Shown here: positions 15,254-29,480 of the stretch, one piece after another
Layout: each line of letters starts with the position of its first letter
How positions within the stretch are numbered: the stretch's first letter is position 1
The notes under the pieces: generated by a model
The model's database searches: none
The model's input: only the letters and a program-made list of their open reading frames with translations
Told to the model about the DNA's origin: nothing
Assembly (NCBI GenBank): GCA_951406725.2
Contig: OX597831.1
Coordinates: forward strand, 77,686,001 to 77,750,000
Direction: 5' to 3'
Length of the DNA: 64,000 bases
Origin: Octopus vulgaris
Lineage: Eukaryota
Made by a program: the position numbers and the translations under genes

Positions 15254-15362
<109 letters not shown>

Positions 15363-15368
15363 TGTGTG

Positions 15369-15399
<31 letters not shown>

Positions 15400-15400
<1 letters not shown>

Positions 15401-16750
15401 TAACATCTGTTTACATCCATTATCGAACCTCTGGCAGCATATTTAATATCAGGCGTTTTGCTGCAAAAACAAAGGTATTTACCTCTATCATAAGATACCT
15501 TTTGTATGCAGATGAGTGTGAGGTAGTAGCACACACAGAGATTGATATGCAACACATTTTGAATGCGATCTCTGATGCTTGCACTGCCTTAGGATTGACA
15601 GTCAATCTCAAGAAAACTGTTGTCATGCATCAACCTGCCCCTGGTAAGCAGTATAGTGTACCGAATATCTATGTGAATGGCAAACGACTTGATGTTGATC
15701 AGTTTGTCTACCTGGGAAGCACTATTAATAGATATGGCAATTTGGATGATGAAATTCCATATAGAATTAGGAAAGCAAGTCCTGCTTTCGGAAGGCTAGA
15801 AAAGCGCCTCTGGAGTCGGCGAGACATATTCAGAAAGACAAAGATAAAGGTGTACAAGGCATGTGTGCTCCTTTCTCTTCACTATGCCTGCGAGACGTGG
15901 GTCACATATCGATACCACCTTAAACAACTGCAACGTTTCCATCAGATGTGTCTCAGAAGGATCTATGGCATTAAGTGGAAGGACCGCATCAGTGATCTTG
16001 AAATATAGGAAGGCTCTCCGTGTGAAAGTATAGAAGCTCTTGTGTTAAAGCAAAGGCTCAGCTGGAGTGGTCATGCGGTCAGGATGTAGGATTCAAGGAT
16101 GCCAAAACAACTCTTTTATGGAGAGTTAGCTAAAGGAGAACGACCTCCACATAAACCAAAAAAGTGGTATAAAGACTTGCTGAAGGTTTCCTTAAGAGAT
16201 GCTTGCATCTCTCCTGACACATGGGAAGGCATAGCTATTGATCGTAGCAGGTGGAGAAGGATTGTGCATGAGGGGACAGCCACTTTTGAGAAATCTCGAG
16301 TTGCACATGAGAAAATAAGGAGGGATGTCAGGAAGTACATCGCTGTTACACTTCCAGATGGGAAGGGTTTTCCTATGATGTTGACATGCAATGTCTGTGC
16401 AAGACCCTGCCTCAGTAAAGCTGGACTCAAGAGTCATCTTCGTAGTCATAAAACGAGACAGATGAGTGAAAACCTGGCCACTGGTGGTGGTGTAACACAC
16501 CATACTAATCATATCTATCGGGCATGTGGAAGAGAGTGTAATTCGGCAGGAGGACTTAAAGGACATGCAAAGGTACATGAAGCCCAGTTACAACTACAGC
16601 CGGCTATTACCGGTAAAGGTTTTAGTTGCCAATTCTGTACAAGACATTGTAGATCTTTAGCTGTGCTAAAAAGTCACATTCGATTGCAGCACCAGTGATA
16701 GTTAAGCTTCGTGCAATGTCCATACTCGATAACGAGGGGGCAGCCATAAT
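15400..16750 (+). mobile_element. 5'-truncated RTE-clade LINE with C-terminal C2H2 zinc fingers, pseudogenised
   Basis: YRTSGSIFNIRRFAAKTKV..LLYADEC..FVYLGS..AFGRL..YACETW..MPKQLFYGEL; in-frame TAG at 16006 and 16087; stop at 16698; short 3' UTR with hairpin ctcgataacgag. Confidence 0.92.
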
Positions 16751-17397
16751 GCATGTATGTATTTTAGCGGGGTTGACAAACAAGTTCAAAGAAGCTGTAT
16801 CCGACCACGTAGAATAGAGAACTCGATGTTAAATCTGAATGCCAATAAATGTTTAATCCATAATCCTTGGTCCGACAAAATTTATTTTCCGAAGAGCCAT
16901 AGGATTTATTCTTTGTCAGCTTAATACTTATTCTATCGCCTTCTTTTGCCGAACCGCTAATCTACGGCGACATAAACACAGCAACATAATCACACACACA
17001 CAAGCACGCACACACATATTCTTTTACCCTCCCCGCAAATTTCAGGCCTTGGACTTTTAATAGAAAGAATTATTATTATTATTATTGTCAAGGCGGCGAG
17101 CTGGCCGAATCGTTACCACGCCAAGGTCGACTTGGCCTTTCATCGTATCAGGATCGATAAATTAAGTACCAGTGAAACGTTGGGATCGATGTAATCAACA
17201 AGTCCCCTTCCAGCAAATTCCACGCCTTGTGATTTAGTAGAAAGGATTAATATTGCTATCGTTAAGGCAGCGAGCTGACAGAATCGTTATCATTACCATT
17301 ATTATTGTTGTTGTTATTATTATTATCATTATTATTATTATTATTATTATTGTTATTATTATTATTATCATTGTTGTTATTATTATTATTATTATTG

Positions 17398-17432
<35 letters not shown>

Positions 17433-17439
17433 GTTATTA

Positions 17440-17502
<63 letters not shown>

Positions 17503-17654
17503 TTATGTTGTGTTGTTTGTGTTAGCCTCGCCGTTGTAACGAGTGCACCTCTTGCAGAAATATCGACTGCACCTCTTAAACATCACATATATCTTCATAT
17601 CCTCCATCCCAAACTATCTCCAGGCTGGTTACCCGGGTCCTTGTCTTTTTCCAG

Positions 17655-17779
17655 GATCATCGCACCTACACCACCACCGTCTCCTGCTATGATACTATGT
17701 TGGCCGGCCTACCCCAGTGTTACAGCAGCATCTCACCGCCGACCCTAGCTGCGATTTCAACATCGGTTTACCTTATCAA
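17655..17779 (+). CDS. Candidate internal exon of an unidentified host gene
   Basis: Acceptor ccttgtctttttccag, donor caa/gtaagt, 125 nt of unique sequence open in one frame (DHRTYTTTVSCYDTMLAGLPQCYSSISPPTLAAISTSVYLI); no recognisable domain. Confidence 0.35.
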
Positions 17780-17788
17780 GTAAGTTTA

Positions 17789-17855
<67 letters not shown>

Positions 17856-17973
17856 ATACATACATACCACGTGTGTGTGTGTGTGTGTATGCACATGTGT
17901 GTATATGGCTTTTATATGAGAATTCTCCATATTTTCTTCATGCTGAGTTTGTATCTTCCAGCTTCCATTTGCC

Positions 17974-18028
<55 letters not shown>

Positions 18029-18259
18029 GGTATTGGCTACAATATGTCATTTTTACAAGACAAAATTTCCTTCATCTCACAATCGCTCCACTCTTGACGC
18101 TGCAAGAAAAAAAGAGAAATGTCAAATAAACATAAGTTTAAGTTAAACTTATGATGCAACCAGAAAATTCATATACATGGAATATATTTTATGCTCTGAA
18201 GAAGTTCAGGAAATGTTTATTTGACATTTCACCTTTTTCATGCAGCGTTTAGGGTGGAG

Positions 18260-18300
<41 letters not shown>

Positions 18301-18347
18301 TAAATGAAAGAATGGAGTCGAACGAAGATGTTAACAAAATTCCTTTA

Positions 18348-18429
18348 TTCTCGACATATGTTTCGAAGACAACATGTTTTCATTCCAAAGGAATAAAGGG
18401 TGCATTATGCAATCTTCTCATCAGGAAAG
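18348..18429 (-). ncRNA. Type I hammerhead ribozyme motif (left arm of inverted repeat)
   Basis: Reverse complement of 18621-18702 with intact CUGAUGA / GAAAC-AUAU-GUC core. Confidence 0.75.
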
Positions 18430-18620
18430 AAAGGGAGCCTTTCCCTTTCCTCTCCACTTGTTCCCTACCTATTATTCCTTTAACCCTTCTCTTCCTACTA
18501 TCTAACTTTGACGTCAATTTTTCTAACGGTTTTTAAAAAATACACTCATTATCGTTTTGTTTACCATGTAGGCAGTCATCGAAATTTTTGTTTGTTTTGT
18601 TGTCGAGAGAGGCTCCCTTT

Positions 18621-18702
18621 CTTTCCTGATGAGAAGATTGCATAATGCACCATCTATTCCTTTGGAATGAAAACATGTTGTCTTCGAAACATATGTCGAG
18701 AG
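18621..18702 (+). ncRNA. Type I hammerhead ribozyme motif with long stem II insert
   Basis: cuuuc-CUGAUGA-GAAGA...UCUUC-GAAAC-AUAU-GUC-gagag; stem I cuuuc/gagag; palindromic stem III ACAUAUGU. Confidence 0.8.
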
Positions 18703-18927
18703 TAAAGCAATTTTGTTAACATCTTCGTTCGACTCCATTCTTTCATTTATTCATATACAACACACAAATTTCTGCACATGAACCCGGAGTTTCTACCCTT
18801 GGACAGGTCGCTTCAACCGTGTTTCTGACGTGAATTTGCTACCCAGGTTTCGGTTAAACGAATTTTCCATGCTGACGATAAACATACGATAATTCATTCA
18901 CCTACTTAAATATATATATATATATAT

Positions 18928-19484
18928 ATAGTCATTACAGATATAGGGCGAAATATAATTAGTTTAATAAAATCAACAAATTTCACCTAGTAGTATTTCG
19001 GTATGGAAAAGGACCATATTCGGTAAAAATTTATATAATTATAATAATAAGAGTTTTTTGCAACAAGTTGCTTAAACCACATACCGAAAATTTTAGAAGT
19101 AGCAGCTAAAAGACTACTATTTCTTTTTACTACAAAAATAAGTCTCCACAGACAACGATATTTGTAACTCACATATGGCAAAAAAAAAAGACGAAAAATA
19201 AGGAAATCACACAGTCTTCGATTAATTATGGACGTACGTTTCTGGATTAGAATCGTAAGACTCATTTCCTTTATCGACATAATATTCCCTATAAATCTAG
19301 AAATGCTAGGAAAACTTACCCCTTATAGTTTCGATCAAACGACATCGAAACATATAAAAGCTAATCAGCATATCCACATTTATATAGACAAGTGAATTTG
19401 TATTTCCCTCCAGAATTCTACCACGTGAGTCACAAAATAGTACTGCCGAAATATAATATTTCACCCTATATCTGTAATGACTAT
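18928..19484. mobile_element. Element bounded by ~29 bp inverted repeats
   Basis: atagtcattacagatatagggcgaaatat / atatttcaccctatatctgtaatgactat; interior about 19080-19250 is homologous to about 28390-28550. Confidence 0.6.
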
Positions 19485-20104
19485 TTTACTCCCCTGCGAC
19501 AAAACTACGACTCTTTTTTTCGTCTGTCCATTCATGATATCAACGATTAAGAAAAAATAGGTTGATATATTTAGTAGTGTATATATATATTTATATTATA
19601 TATTATTATTATTAATATATATACATATATATATTAAAATAATATATAATATAAATATATATATATATATAAGCTCGTCTTCCTAGCTTTCATAATATTT
19701 TTTCTATTGTCTTGGCTTAACAGCCCTCGCCGTTTGTTTTTACTGTTTTGTTCTCACTGTCCTGTTCTTGTTACCACTTTCACCCTCTCCAAAAATCCCA
19801 GGTTTATTTAATTTGCTTTGTGGGAAGGACTGTTTCAACGATGTTGCGTCTTGTCCTTATCTTCGTGACGCGGAGTTGATGAAACAGGGACAACTGTTGT
19901 CTGTCTCGTTTCTCTGCTTGTTCTTTTCCGTTGTTCGAAAAAAAGTTCGTTTCGTTTTTGTTTTTATGTTTTCGTTTCTCATCGTGTCCAAGGTTTTTTG
20001 GTATATGTACATATATATGTAGGTATGTACATATATGTATGTATATATGCATATATTTATATATTATCTATATATACATTATATATATACATATATATAT
20101 ATAT

Positions 20105-20183
<79 letters not shown>

Positions 20184-20455
20184 AAAGTCTGGTACTAATT
20201 ATATCCGTTCCTTTGTTGAACTGCTAGGTTACGGGGACATAAACAAAGCAGCACCGGCTGTCAACCGGTGGTGGCATCAAACACAGACTCTGACACACAC
20301 GGGCGCGCGCACACATTGAAACTTTACTGCGTTTCTTCCCAATACAGTACATCCCACTGTGTGTATATGAATCCTTTCTCTCTCTCGGTGGTTACCCAAT
20401 CCTTCCATCTCTAATGTGATACCTAAACACACACACACACAGGCACACACACACA

Positions 20456-20543
<88 letters not shown>

Positions 20544-20960
20544 TTCACCCTTCACCTCGCACCTACTTGCTGTGTGTATTTGCAGTAAAACTGAAAACTA
20601 TCGGCTACTTGATTATGAAACCGATACAGCGATTGTAAACGTCACCTATTTATGATTCGTCCTTGTTCTTGTTGTAGGTGTTGGTGTCACTTTGGCTGCT
20701 GCTTCTGCTGCGGCTGTGATTATAGCATTTCTTGCTGTTATTGCTGTTGTTGTTGTTGTTGTTGTTGTTGTTTGTTTGTTTTGGTTAAGTTTGGCCCGTT
20801 TGGAACTGTTTTCAAATTGCCAGCAAACGCCTTCGTGCTTTGGAAACTTATCATTTAAAGTTTGTCCATTAGAGTGTTTTGTCTTTTATGTGTAGTCTGT
20901 ATGCGCATATGTGTGTGCGTGTGTATATATGTGTGTGTGTGTGTGTATGCCTATATATGT

Positions 20961-21020
<60 letters not shown>

Positions 21021-21052
21021 ATATATATATATGTATACATATATGTGTGTAT

Positions 21053-21098
<46 letters not shown>

Positions 21099-21149
21099 AC
21101 ATATATGTGTATATATATGTATGTGTATATATATATGTATACATATATG

Positions 21150-21235
<86 letters not shown>

Positions 21236-21270
21236 CATATATATATACATGTATCTATATATCTATGTGC

Positions 21271-21339
<69 letters not shown>

Positions 21340-21563
21340 AGTTTCTGTGTACGTATACAATTTAAATGTTATATTTCCGGATGTCGTTGCTCTTTCACTC
21401 TTTGGGGGACCGCGAAAGAACAATGAACTCCACATAAGCTAAATGTAGAACACACGAAACACACATATTCACCCAGGCACATTCACACACATACACACAC
21501 ACATACACACACACACACAGATTCATATACACACACATACAGAGAGGGAGGGAGAGAGAGGGA

Positions 21564-21636
<73 letters not shown>

Positions 21637-21965
21637 AGATATATACGCCAGTGCGTGTGTCTGTGCAACAATCCTTCTGCAACAGATAACGGGTTTTGTC
21701 ACACGCCATTTTTAACCGTTGTTTTTCATTCACAAAGCAGTATTCTGAAAACCATGTTGATTATCTCCAGCCGATCTCGATAGAAACCTCTTCATAGCTA
21801 TGTTAAGCGCTTCTCTCTTCCTCGACAAGACGTAACGTGTACAACATACCGTATAGAATCGGTCGTCTGTCCATTCATGATATCAACGATTAAGAAAAAA
21901 TAGGTTGATATATTTAGTAGATATATTTACGAATTCGCCGTAATGTTTATCGGTATATTTTAACT

Positions 21966-22175
21966 GCGGCGAGCTGGCAGAATCGTTAGAAGGCCGGGTG
22001 AAATGCTTAGCGGGATTTCGTCTGTCTTTACGTTCCGAGTTCAAATTCCGCCGAGGTCGACTTTGCCTTCCATCCTTTCGGGGTCGATAAACTAAGTACC
22101 AGTTGCGTAATGGGGGCGATATAATCGACTATCCCCACCCCCAAATTTCAGGCCTTGTGTCTATAGTAGAAATGT
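21966..22175 (+). mobile_element. SINE family A monomer
   Basis: gcggcgagctggcagaatcgttag head, gttcaaattcc B box, Nin/Deu-like block. Confidence 0.8.
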
Positions 22176-22198
22176 TTATTATAACAGCGTATGCTGTA

Positions 22199-22330
<132 letters not shown>

Positions 22331-22820
22331 GGTATGTGTGTGTGTGTGCGAACAACCGGTGTTGATGTGTTTACGTCGCCATAACTTAGCAGTTCTGCAA
22401 AAGTAACCGATAGAATAATTACAAAGCAGTGCTCCAGCATGGCCGCGGTTCAAAGTAAAAGAATAAAAGTAAAGAATAACACTTCAACTGAAAATGGTAC
22501 ATACTTTGTCGTTGTTATATGTGCGCACCAAATAACAATAATAATTAAGCACAACCATGGGTGTGCTGTGAAGACAATCGGCTTCCAGCCATCTGGCTTC
22601 TTTTTTGGTTCTTCTGTGTAGCACCTTGAGTAAATGTCTTCTACCATAGCAGCGGGCCAGTGTAGACATAATTCGTGATACAGCGCCATATACTATGAAC
22701 GTGTAATGTGAAACCAGTAAAGTGTATACCTATATTTTAAAATATGATTAAATTCTAATTACGGACATGTACTTGCATAGCAAGTCACCTGATCTGAGAT
22801 CATGTGCTGCAACGAAAACA

Positions 22821-23064
22821 ATTGCAGCGTGGAAGGTGTTTATAAGCCATTCAAGAAGCACACAAAAACCGTTAGATTCACTTCAACTTCTAAATTTAGT
22901 TTGTCAAAATTTTCTCAGATTCAGCACGAAGATTTGTCAGTGAAGAGGTCGTGGTCTAAAAGCGACGAAAATATTTTGACAAATAAAATTTAAATGTTGA
23001 AGTGAATCTAACGGTTTTTTGTGTGTTTCTTAAATGGCTTATAAACACCTTCCACGCTGCAATT
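22821..23064. repeat. Fold-back element (~95 bp arms) with degenerate hammerhead at 22933-22983
   Basis: Arms are reverse complements; uuuguca-GUGAAGA-G-GUCG..CGAC-GAAA-AUAU-UU-ugacaaa (C3 changed to G). Confidence 0.75.
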
Positions 23065-23475
23065 AAATTCTAATTAATTCTAATATATTCACTGCACATT
23101 ATATATATCTCTCTCTATATATATTTCTGTCAATGACTGTGGTTGCACCCCACCAGCGTTCACGTTGCTTAGTAATTTGGCAAAAGAAAGCGATAGAGTA
23201 GGTGCCAGACTTATAAGCTGGTACGGGATGTAGGTTTGTTTGACTGAAACCCTTCAAGGTGGTGCTCTAGCATGGCCGCCGTTCGATGACTGGAACAGGT
23301 AGAAGGTTAAAGATAGATTTCTAAGTTACAGCACATGTACACGAAAACAGGTTTGTAAAGGTGAGTCAAAACTAAAAACAGACATTGGAGGAAAAGGCAT
23401 GTAAATCCACCCATACATAATACACACATATTCATAGATAGATGCACACACACATAGTCTCACAGAAATTCCCCC

Positions 23476-23507
<32 letters not shown>

Positions 23508-24504
23508 GGAAATAAAATATTTACATTGTCAACCGGTTTCGCTTGTGGTAATCATGACTAAGAAGTTAGTGATAATGTTGCAATTTCATGTTATTATGAG
23601 AAATTTTCATTCCATGTTATTTGGAGGAATCACATTTCATTGTGTTTGTTCATGAATAGAAGCCAGTCCTCACTGTTCCTGTGGTAACTTGTCAGAATTG
23701 TCTGCAGGATGTGGAAACTTCAAAGTGGAGGCTATTTGACCGGCTTAAATAAGTTATGTATCGAGTACTTATTTTCTCGTAAATTATCGAACACACACAC
23801 ATGGTTGTACATACGACAGTCGAGTCTGACACGTGTCACTCATCATCTGGTGACTGTGAGAGATTACAACAATGTTCGTAAGACTTTCCTCTATGGCTGG
23901 ATGAAATCTGAAATCGAGGTGCAAGGGAGGAAACTCAAGTTATAACAAAATATCAATGCTGTAGTCACCTACTCAGCAAAACAACATACATTTTCCTCCC
24001 GCACTTAATTTTTAATTAGCTTAATTTTCAGAGTTCTCTACCTTGCCTACGTTGAAAATAATTGTCATTAGCACTAATTTTTAGTTTTACTGGAGCTGTA
24101 TGGGCTGAATTGTAGGGAAGCTCCTTTCTCAAATGCAACATTCCTTGCTCGTATTTTATTGGACAAGTTTTGGTTTCTATAACACGGGCCACCTTATAAC
24201 TTCCTAGTGAAATTGGATAGATGGACAGTTATGTTGGAAGAGCGTCTACCACCCGGGGCAGCCCTTGTGTTTGTCACTCCCCCAGGCACTTGACACTATG
24301 CACACTTATAGAGCAGACCTCAAAACACCGCTTCCATGAACGCGTCGTTCGAGGTGAATCGCCCTCCTCGCTCTCAACGTAGCTACACCACTGTGGGTGG
24401 AAACTGCATAGAACAGTGGATCTCAGCCGAAGTTTATATAGCCCTTGGCGGTGTGGTGTGGGTTCATATAAAATCTATCAGCAGCGTATTGCTTATACTT
24501 TTAA

Positions 24505-24719
24505 GTTACTTCTTATACTTGTTTCAGGCATTTTAACTGCGGCCAAGCTGTAGCACCGCCTGTAGTCGAACAAATCGATCCCCAGGACTTATTCTTTGTA
24601 AGCCTAGTAGTTATTCTATGGCTCTCTATTGATGAACTGCCTAGTTACGAGGACGTAAACACGCCAACATCAGTTGTCAAGCGATGGTGGGTTGATCAAC
24701 ACAGACACATCAGATACAC

Positions 24720-24771
<52 letters not shown>

Positions 24772-25154
24772 GTGGAGGCGCAATGGCCCAGTGGTTAGGG
24801 CAGCGGACTCGCGGTCGTAGGCTCGCGGTTTCGATTCCCCGACCGGGCGTTGTGAGTGTTTATTGAGTGAAAACACCTAAAAGCTCCACGAGGCTCCGGC
24901 AGGGGATGGTGGTGATCCCTGCTGTACTTTTTCACCACAACTTTCTCTCACTCTTACTTCCTGTTTCTGTTGTACCTGTATTTCAAAGGGCCGGCCCTGT
25001 CACTCTCTGTGTCACGCTGAATATCCCCGAGAACTACGTTAAGGGTACACGTGTCTGTGGAGTGCTCAGCCACTTACACGTTAATTTCACGAGCAGGCTG
25101 TTCCGTTGAGCGGATCAACCGGAACCCTCGTCGTCGTAACCGACGGAGTGCTTC

Positions 25155-25205
<51 letters not shown>

Positions 25206-25348
25206 GACGGGCTTCTTTCAGTTTCTGTCTGCCAAATCCACTCACAAGGATCTAGTCGGCCCGAGGTTATAGTAGTAGGCACTTGCCCAAGGACTGAACC
25301 CGAAACCATGTGGTTGGGAAGCAAGCTTCTTACCACACAGCCACTCCT
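24505..25348 (-). mobile_element. SINE family B split by a nested SINE C
   Basis: 3' half at about 24505-24730 and 5' half at about 25200-25348 flank the insertion. Confidence 0.8.
24774..25157 (+). mobile_element. SINE family C, tail variant 1, full length
   Basis: A box tggcccagtgg, B-box-like gtttcgattcc; reverse-complement copy at 39070-39450. Confidence 0.88.
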
Positions 25349-25865
25349 TACAGCAAATATTTTAATCGCTTTTTAAAAATATAAATCCTGATAAAATTTA
25401 ATAACATAAAATAATAAGGCGACGTGCTGGCAGAAACGTTAGCATGCCGGACGAAATGCTTAGCAGTATTTCATCCGTCTTTACATTTTGAGTTCAAATT
25501 CCGCCAAGGTCGATTTTGCCTTTCATTCTTTCGAGGTTGATAAATTAAGTACCAGTTGTGTACTGGGATCGATCTAATCGACTGCCCCCCACCGCTGAAT
25601 TTCAGCCCTTTTGTCTAGAGTAGAAAAGAATATATGTTTTACTAGAGAGGGGCGAGCTGGCAGAAACGTTATCGCGCCGGGCGAAATGCTTAGCGCTATT
25701 CCGTTTGTCTTTACGTTCTGAGTTCAAATTTAGCCGAGTCGATAAAACAAGTACCAGTTGAGCGCTGGGGGTCGATGTAATTGACTCATCCTCTCCCTCA
25801 AACTTGCTGGCGTTGTGTTAAATTGAAAATCGATATTTAATGATGAAAATATGAGAAGAAATTTT

Positions 25866-25996
25866 GAGTGGCTGTGTGGTAAGTTCTCGGTTCATTCCCG
25901 CTGCGTGGCACTATGGGCAAGTGCCTTCTGCTATAGCTCGGGCCGACCAAAGCTTTGTGAGTGGATTTGGTTGACGGAAACTGAAAGAAGCCCGCC

Positions 25997-26050
<54 letters not shown>

Positions 26051-26285
26051 CTGTGTGTATGTGTGTCTGTGTGTGTGTGTGTCTGTGTGTGTGTATTTGT
26101 CGCCCCTCCCCATCGCTAGACAACCGATTTCACTTGTTTACATCCCCTAACCTAGCAGTTTGGTAAAAGAAGAGCGATAAATTAAGTACTAAGGCTTATC
26201 AATGAGTACTGGGACGATTTATTCAACAAAGTCCCATCGAGGCCGTGCTCCAGCATGGCAGCGGTCCAATATCCGAAACAAGTTT
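25866..26285 (+). mobile_element. SINE family B, diverged
   Basis: Aligns to family B head, body and tail. Confidence 0.7.
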
Positions 26286-27024
26286 CAATCTACCAAATAT
26301 ATTCACAAGGCTCTGATCGACCCAAAGTGACACACAGTGAGATTGAACCCGGGACCATGTGACTAAGAAACAAACTTCTTACCACCGAGGCAGGCCTTTT
26401 GAAATCCGAACACAACGTGGAAGGGAGATAATTCTAATTATAACACTGATCGTAATTAGCAATTAACGAATTCGTTTTCGCACCGCAAAACTCCCATCGA
26501 ATATTTAATTAGAGTTGATCGAATAACTACTACCAAATCGTCGTCGCCTGACGACGGAGATCCGGTATCATAATATTAATTGTTTCCGTGTTTTGTTTGA
26601 CGCTAAATTACGTCGTTAGACGGCGCTTAAACTATTTGTGTTTGTCTGTCTGTCTGTCTTTCGATCCCTTTGACTGTCAGTCCGTTTGACTGCTTGTCTG
26701 TCTGTCTGACCGTCTGCCTATCACTGTCTGTCTGTCTGTCAGTCTGTCTGTCTCTCTCTCTCTCTCTCTCCCTCTTTCACCTCTGCCTACCCTACGAGCC
26801 CGTCTGCTGGTCTGTCAGTCTGACCGCCTGTCTGTCTGCATATTGGTTTGCTCGCTTATCCGTCTGCGTGCCTACCTGTTTGTCCGTCCGTCTGTCTGTC
26901 TTCCTGCCTGCCTGCCTGCCTGCCTGCCTGTCTGTCTGTCCGTCTGTCTATCTGTTGTCACTTGGTCTGTCTCGACCGCCTGCCTTACCGGCCAGCCTGC
27001 CTCTTGGTCTGTGTGTGTATTTGT

Positions 27025-27072
<48 letters not shown>

Positions 27073-27337
27073 TCTATCTCTATCTCTCTCTCTCACTTTC
27101 TTTCCCTGTCTCCCTCTTTTCTTCCCCTTCTCTTCCCCTGCCTATCTAACATTATGTGTACGTATATGTGTAAGTATATGTTCGTATGTATATATATATA
27201 TATACTTATATATATGTTTGTGTGTGTGTGTCTATGTAGGAATGTATGTGCGTATGTGTGGGTATATGCAATACGTGGGAATATATATTTATTTGGGTAT
27301 ACACAGTCTGTATACGAGAGAGTATATACATAGTGTG

Positions 27338-27411
<74 letters not shown>

Positions 27412-27859
27412 GTGTGTGTGTCTGTGTGTGTGTGTGTGTGTGCGTAGGCCTCAATCAAAGTATCATCTTTGTTTATCATAAGAAACCTCTCATACACACA
27501 CGTTGAATTACATTTTCTGAATGTATAGAAGTCCTCACCGACCAACCGACCAACCAGCCAACCAGCCAACCAGCCAGCCCGCCAGCCAGCCAGCCAACCA
27601 AACAACAGGTCTACCGACGACTCACGGACCGACCTACTTTACCTGTCAAACACCATCACCACCGCCGTCGCCACCTCCACCATCGCCACCACCACCACCA
27701 CCACCACCGCCACTAGCAGCATTTCTACCTCACTCCTACCTCACCTTTAATATCCTTTTCTCCCACCACTGCTACTAACCTATCTCGCTACCTTGGTCTC
27801 TTGCATTTCTCCCTCTCTCTCTCCCTCCCTCCCTCTCTCACTCTCTCTTTTTCTCTCTC

Positions 27860-27879
27860 CCTATCTATCTATTTATGTA

Positions 27880-27961
<82 letters not shown>

Positions 27962-27966
27962 CCTAC

Positions 27967-28010
<44 letters not shown>

Positions 28011-28108
28011 ATATATATATATATACATACATATCTGTCAGTCTCTCTCTCTCTCTCTCTCTAGCTTACTGACTAAACTAATTTTTCCACTCACGCGCAG
28101 TTTCCCAC

Positions 28109-28172
<64 letters not shown>

Positions 28173-28173
28173 G

Positions 28174-28215
<42 letters not shown>

Positions 28216-28223
28216 CATCTATA

Positions 28224-28265
<42 letters not shown>

Positions 28266-28290
28266 ACTATCTATCTATCTGTCTATCTAT
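27860..28290. repeat. (TATC)n tetranucleotide arrays
   Basis: Direct inspection. Confidence 0.95.
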
Positions 28291-28647
28291 TTTTAAAAGA
28301 ATATTTGTATAGTGTTCAAATACAAGTTTCTGCCTGTCTCCGTCTCTCTTGTTAATTCTTTTGGGTTCGAGACCGTTTTAAAAAGTATATATACCGAAAA
28401 TTTAGAAATAGCAGCCAAAGACAGTTTATTCCTTCTTACTACAGATATTATTCCACAGATAACAAAATTTGCAAACCACATAGGCAAAAGAAGAAAAATA
28501 ACGAAATTAAACCGTCTTTGATTAATTGTGGACGCGTTTCTGGGTTAGAATTATACAAATTCATTCCCGAATTTGTATAATTCTAATGTTATGGGGCGTA
28601 AACACACCAGCATCGGTTGTCAAGCGATGTTGGGGTGACAAACACAA

Positions 28648-28747
<100 letters not shown>

Positions 28748-29006
28748 GACGGGCTTCTTTCAGTTTCCATCTACCAAGTCCACTCACAAGGCTTTGGTCG
28801 GCTCGAGGCCATAGTAGAAGCCACTTGCCCAAGGTGCCACGCAGTGGAACTGAACCTGGAACCATGTGGCTGGTAAACAAGCTACTTACCAGACAGCCAC
28901 TCCTACACCTGTCTCCCTTGACCTCAAGTGGCCTGAACTCTTTACATGAACACCACCCTGTACATAACTCCATATCCTCCTACATATACATACATACATA
29001 CATACA

Positions 29007-29041
<35 letters not shown>

Positions 29042-29043
29042 TT

Positions 29044-29170
<127 letters not shown>

Positions 29171-29171
29171 G

Positions 29172-29480
29172 TACCTGTGTAAAGCCGGGAAAATGCGAGA
29201 AGGTACAAAGCAGACTACAAATTGGAAAGAAAACAGATCAAAGTTGCAGTTTTACCGTGTATTTCTATATTTCGGGGTGAAGACCTCTTCTTCATGATAT
29301 TCTGAAAGGCATTAGTTGGAAAAAATTTGTTGTTCCAAACACTGTTTTTCCGAATGTCCTGAAGAAGAGGTCTTCACCCCAAAATATAGAAATACACAAT
29401 AAAACTGCAATTTTGTTGTTTCCTTTTCAAACTGTAGTCGACTTCGTACCTTCTCGCATTTTTCCGGCTTTACACAAGTA
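29172..29480. repeat. ~310 bp imperfect palindrome with a decayed hammerhead-like core in each arm
   Basis: tacctgtgtaaagccgg.. / ..ccggctttacacaagta; ctgaagaagaggtcttcacccc(g/a)aaatata. Confidence 0.8.

Noticed and set aside
16099-16698. Host C2H2 zinc-finger gene
   Set aside because: In frame with RTE reverse transcriptase across two premature stops; part of the LINE
23720-24400. Tc1-like FLYGWMKSEI peptide and an hAT-like end cagtggtgtagc
   Set aside because: Too short and degenerate; no partner TIR found
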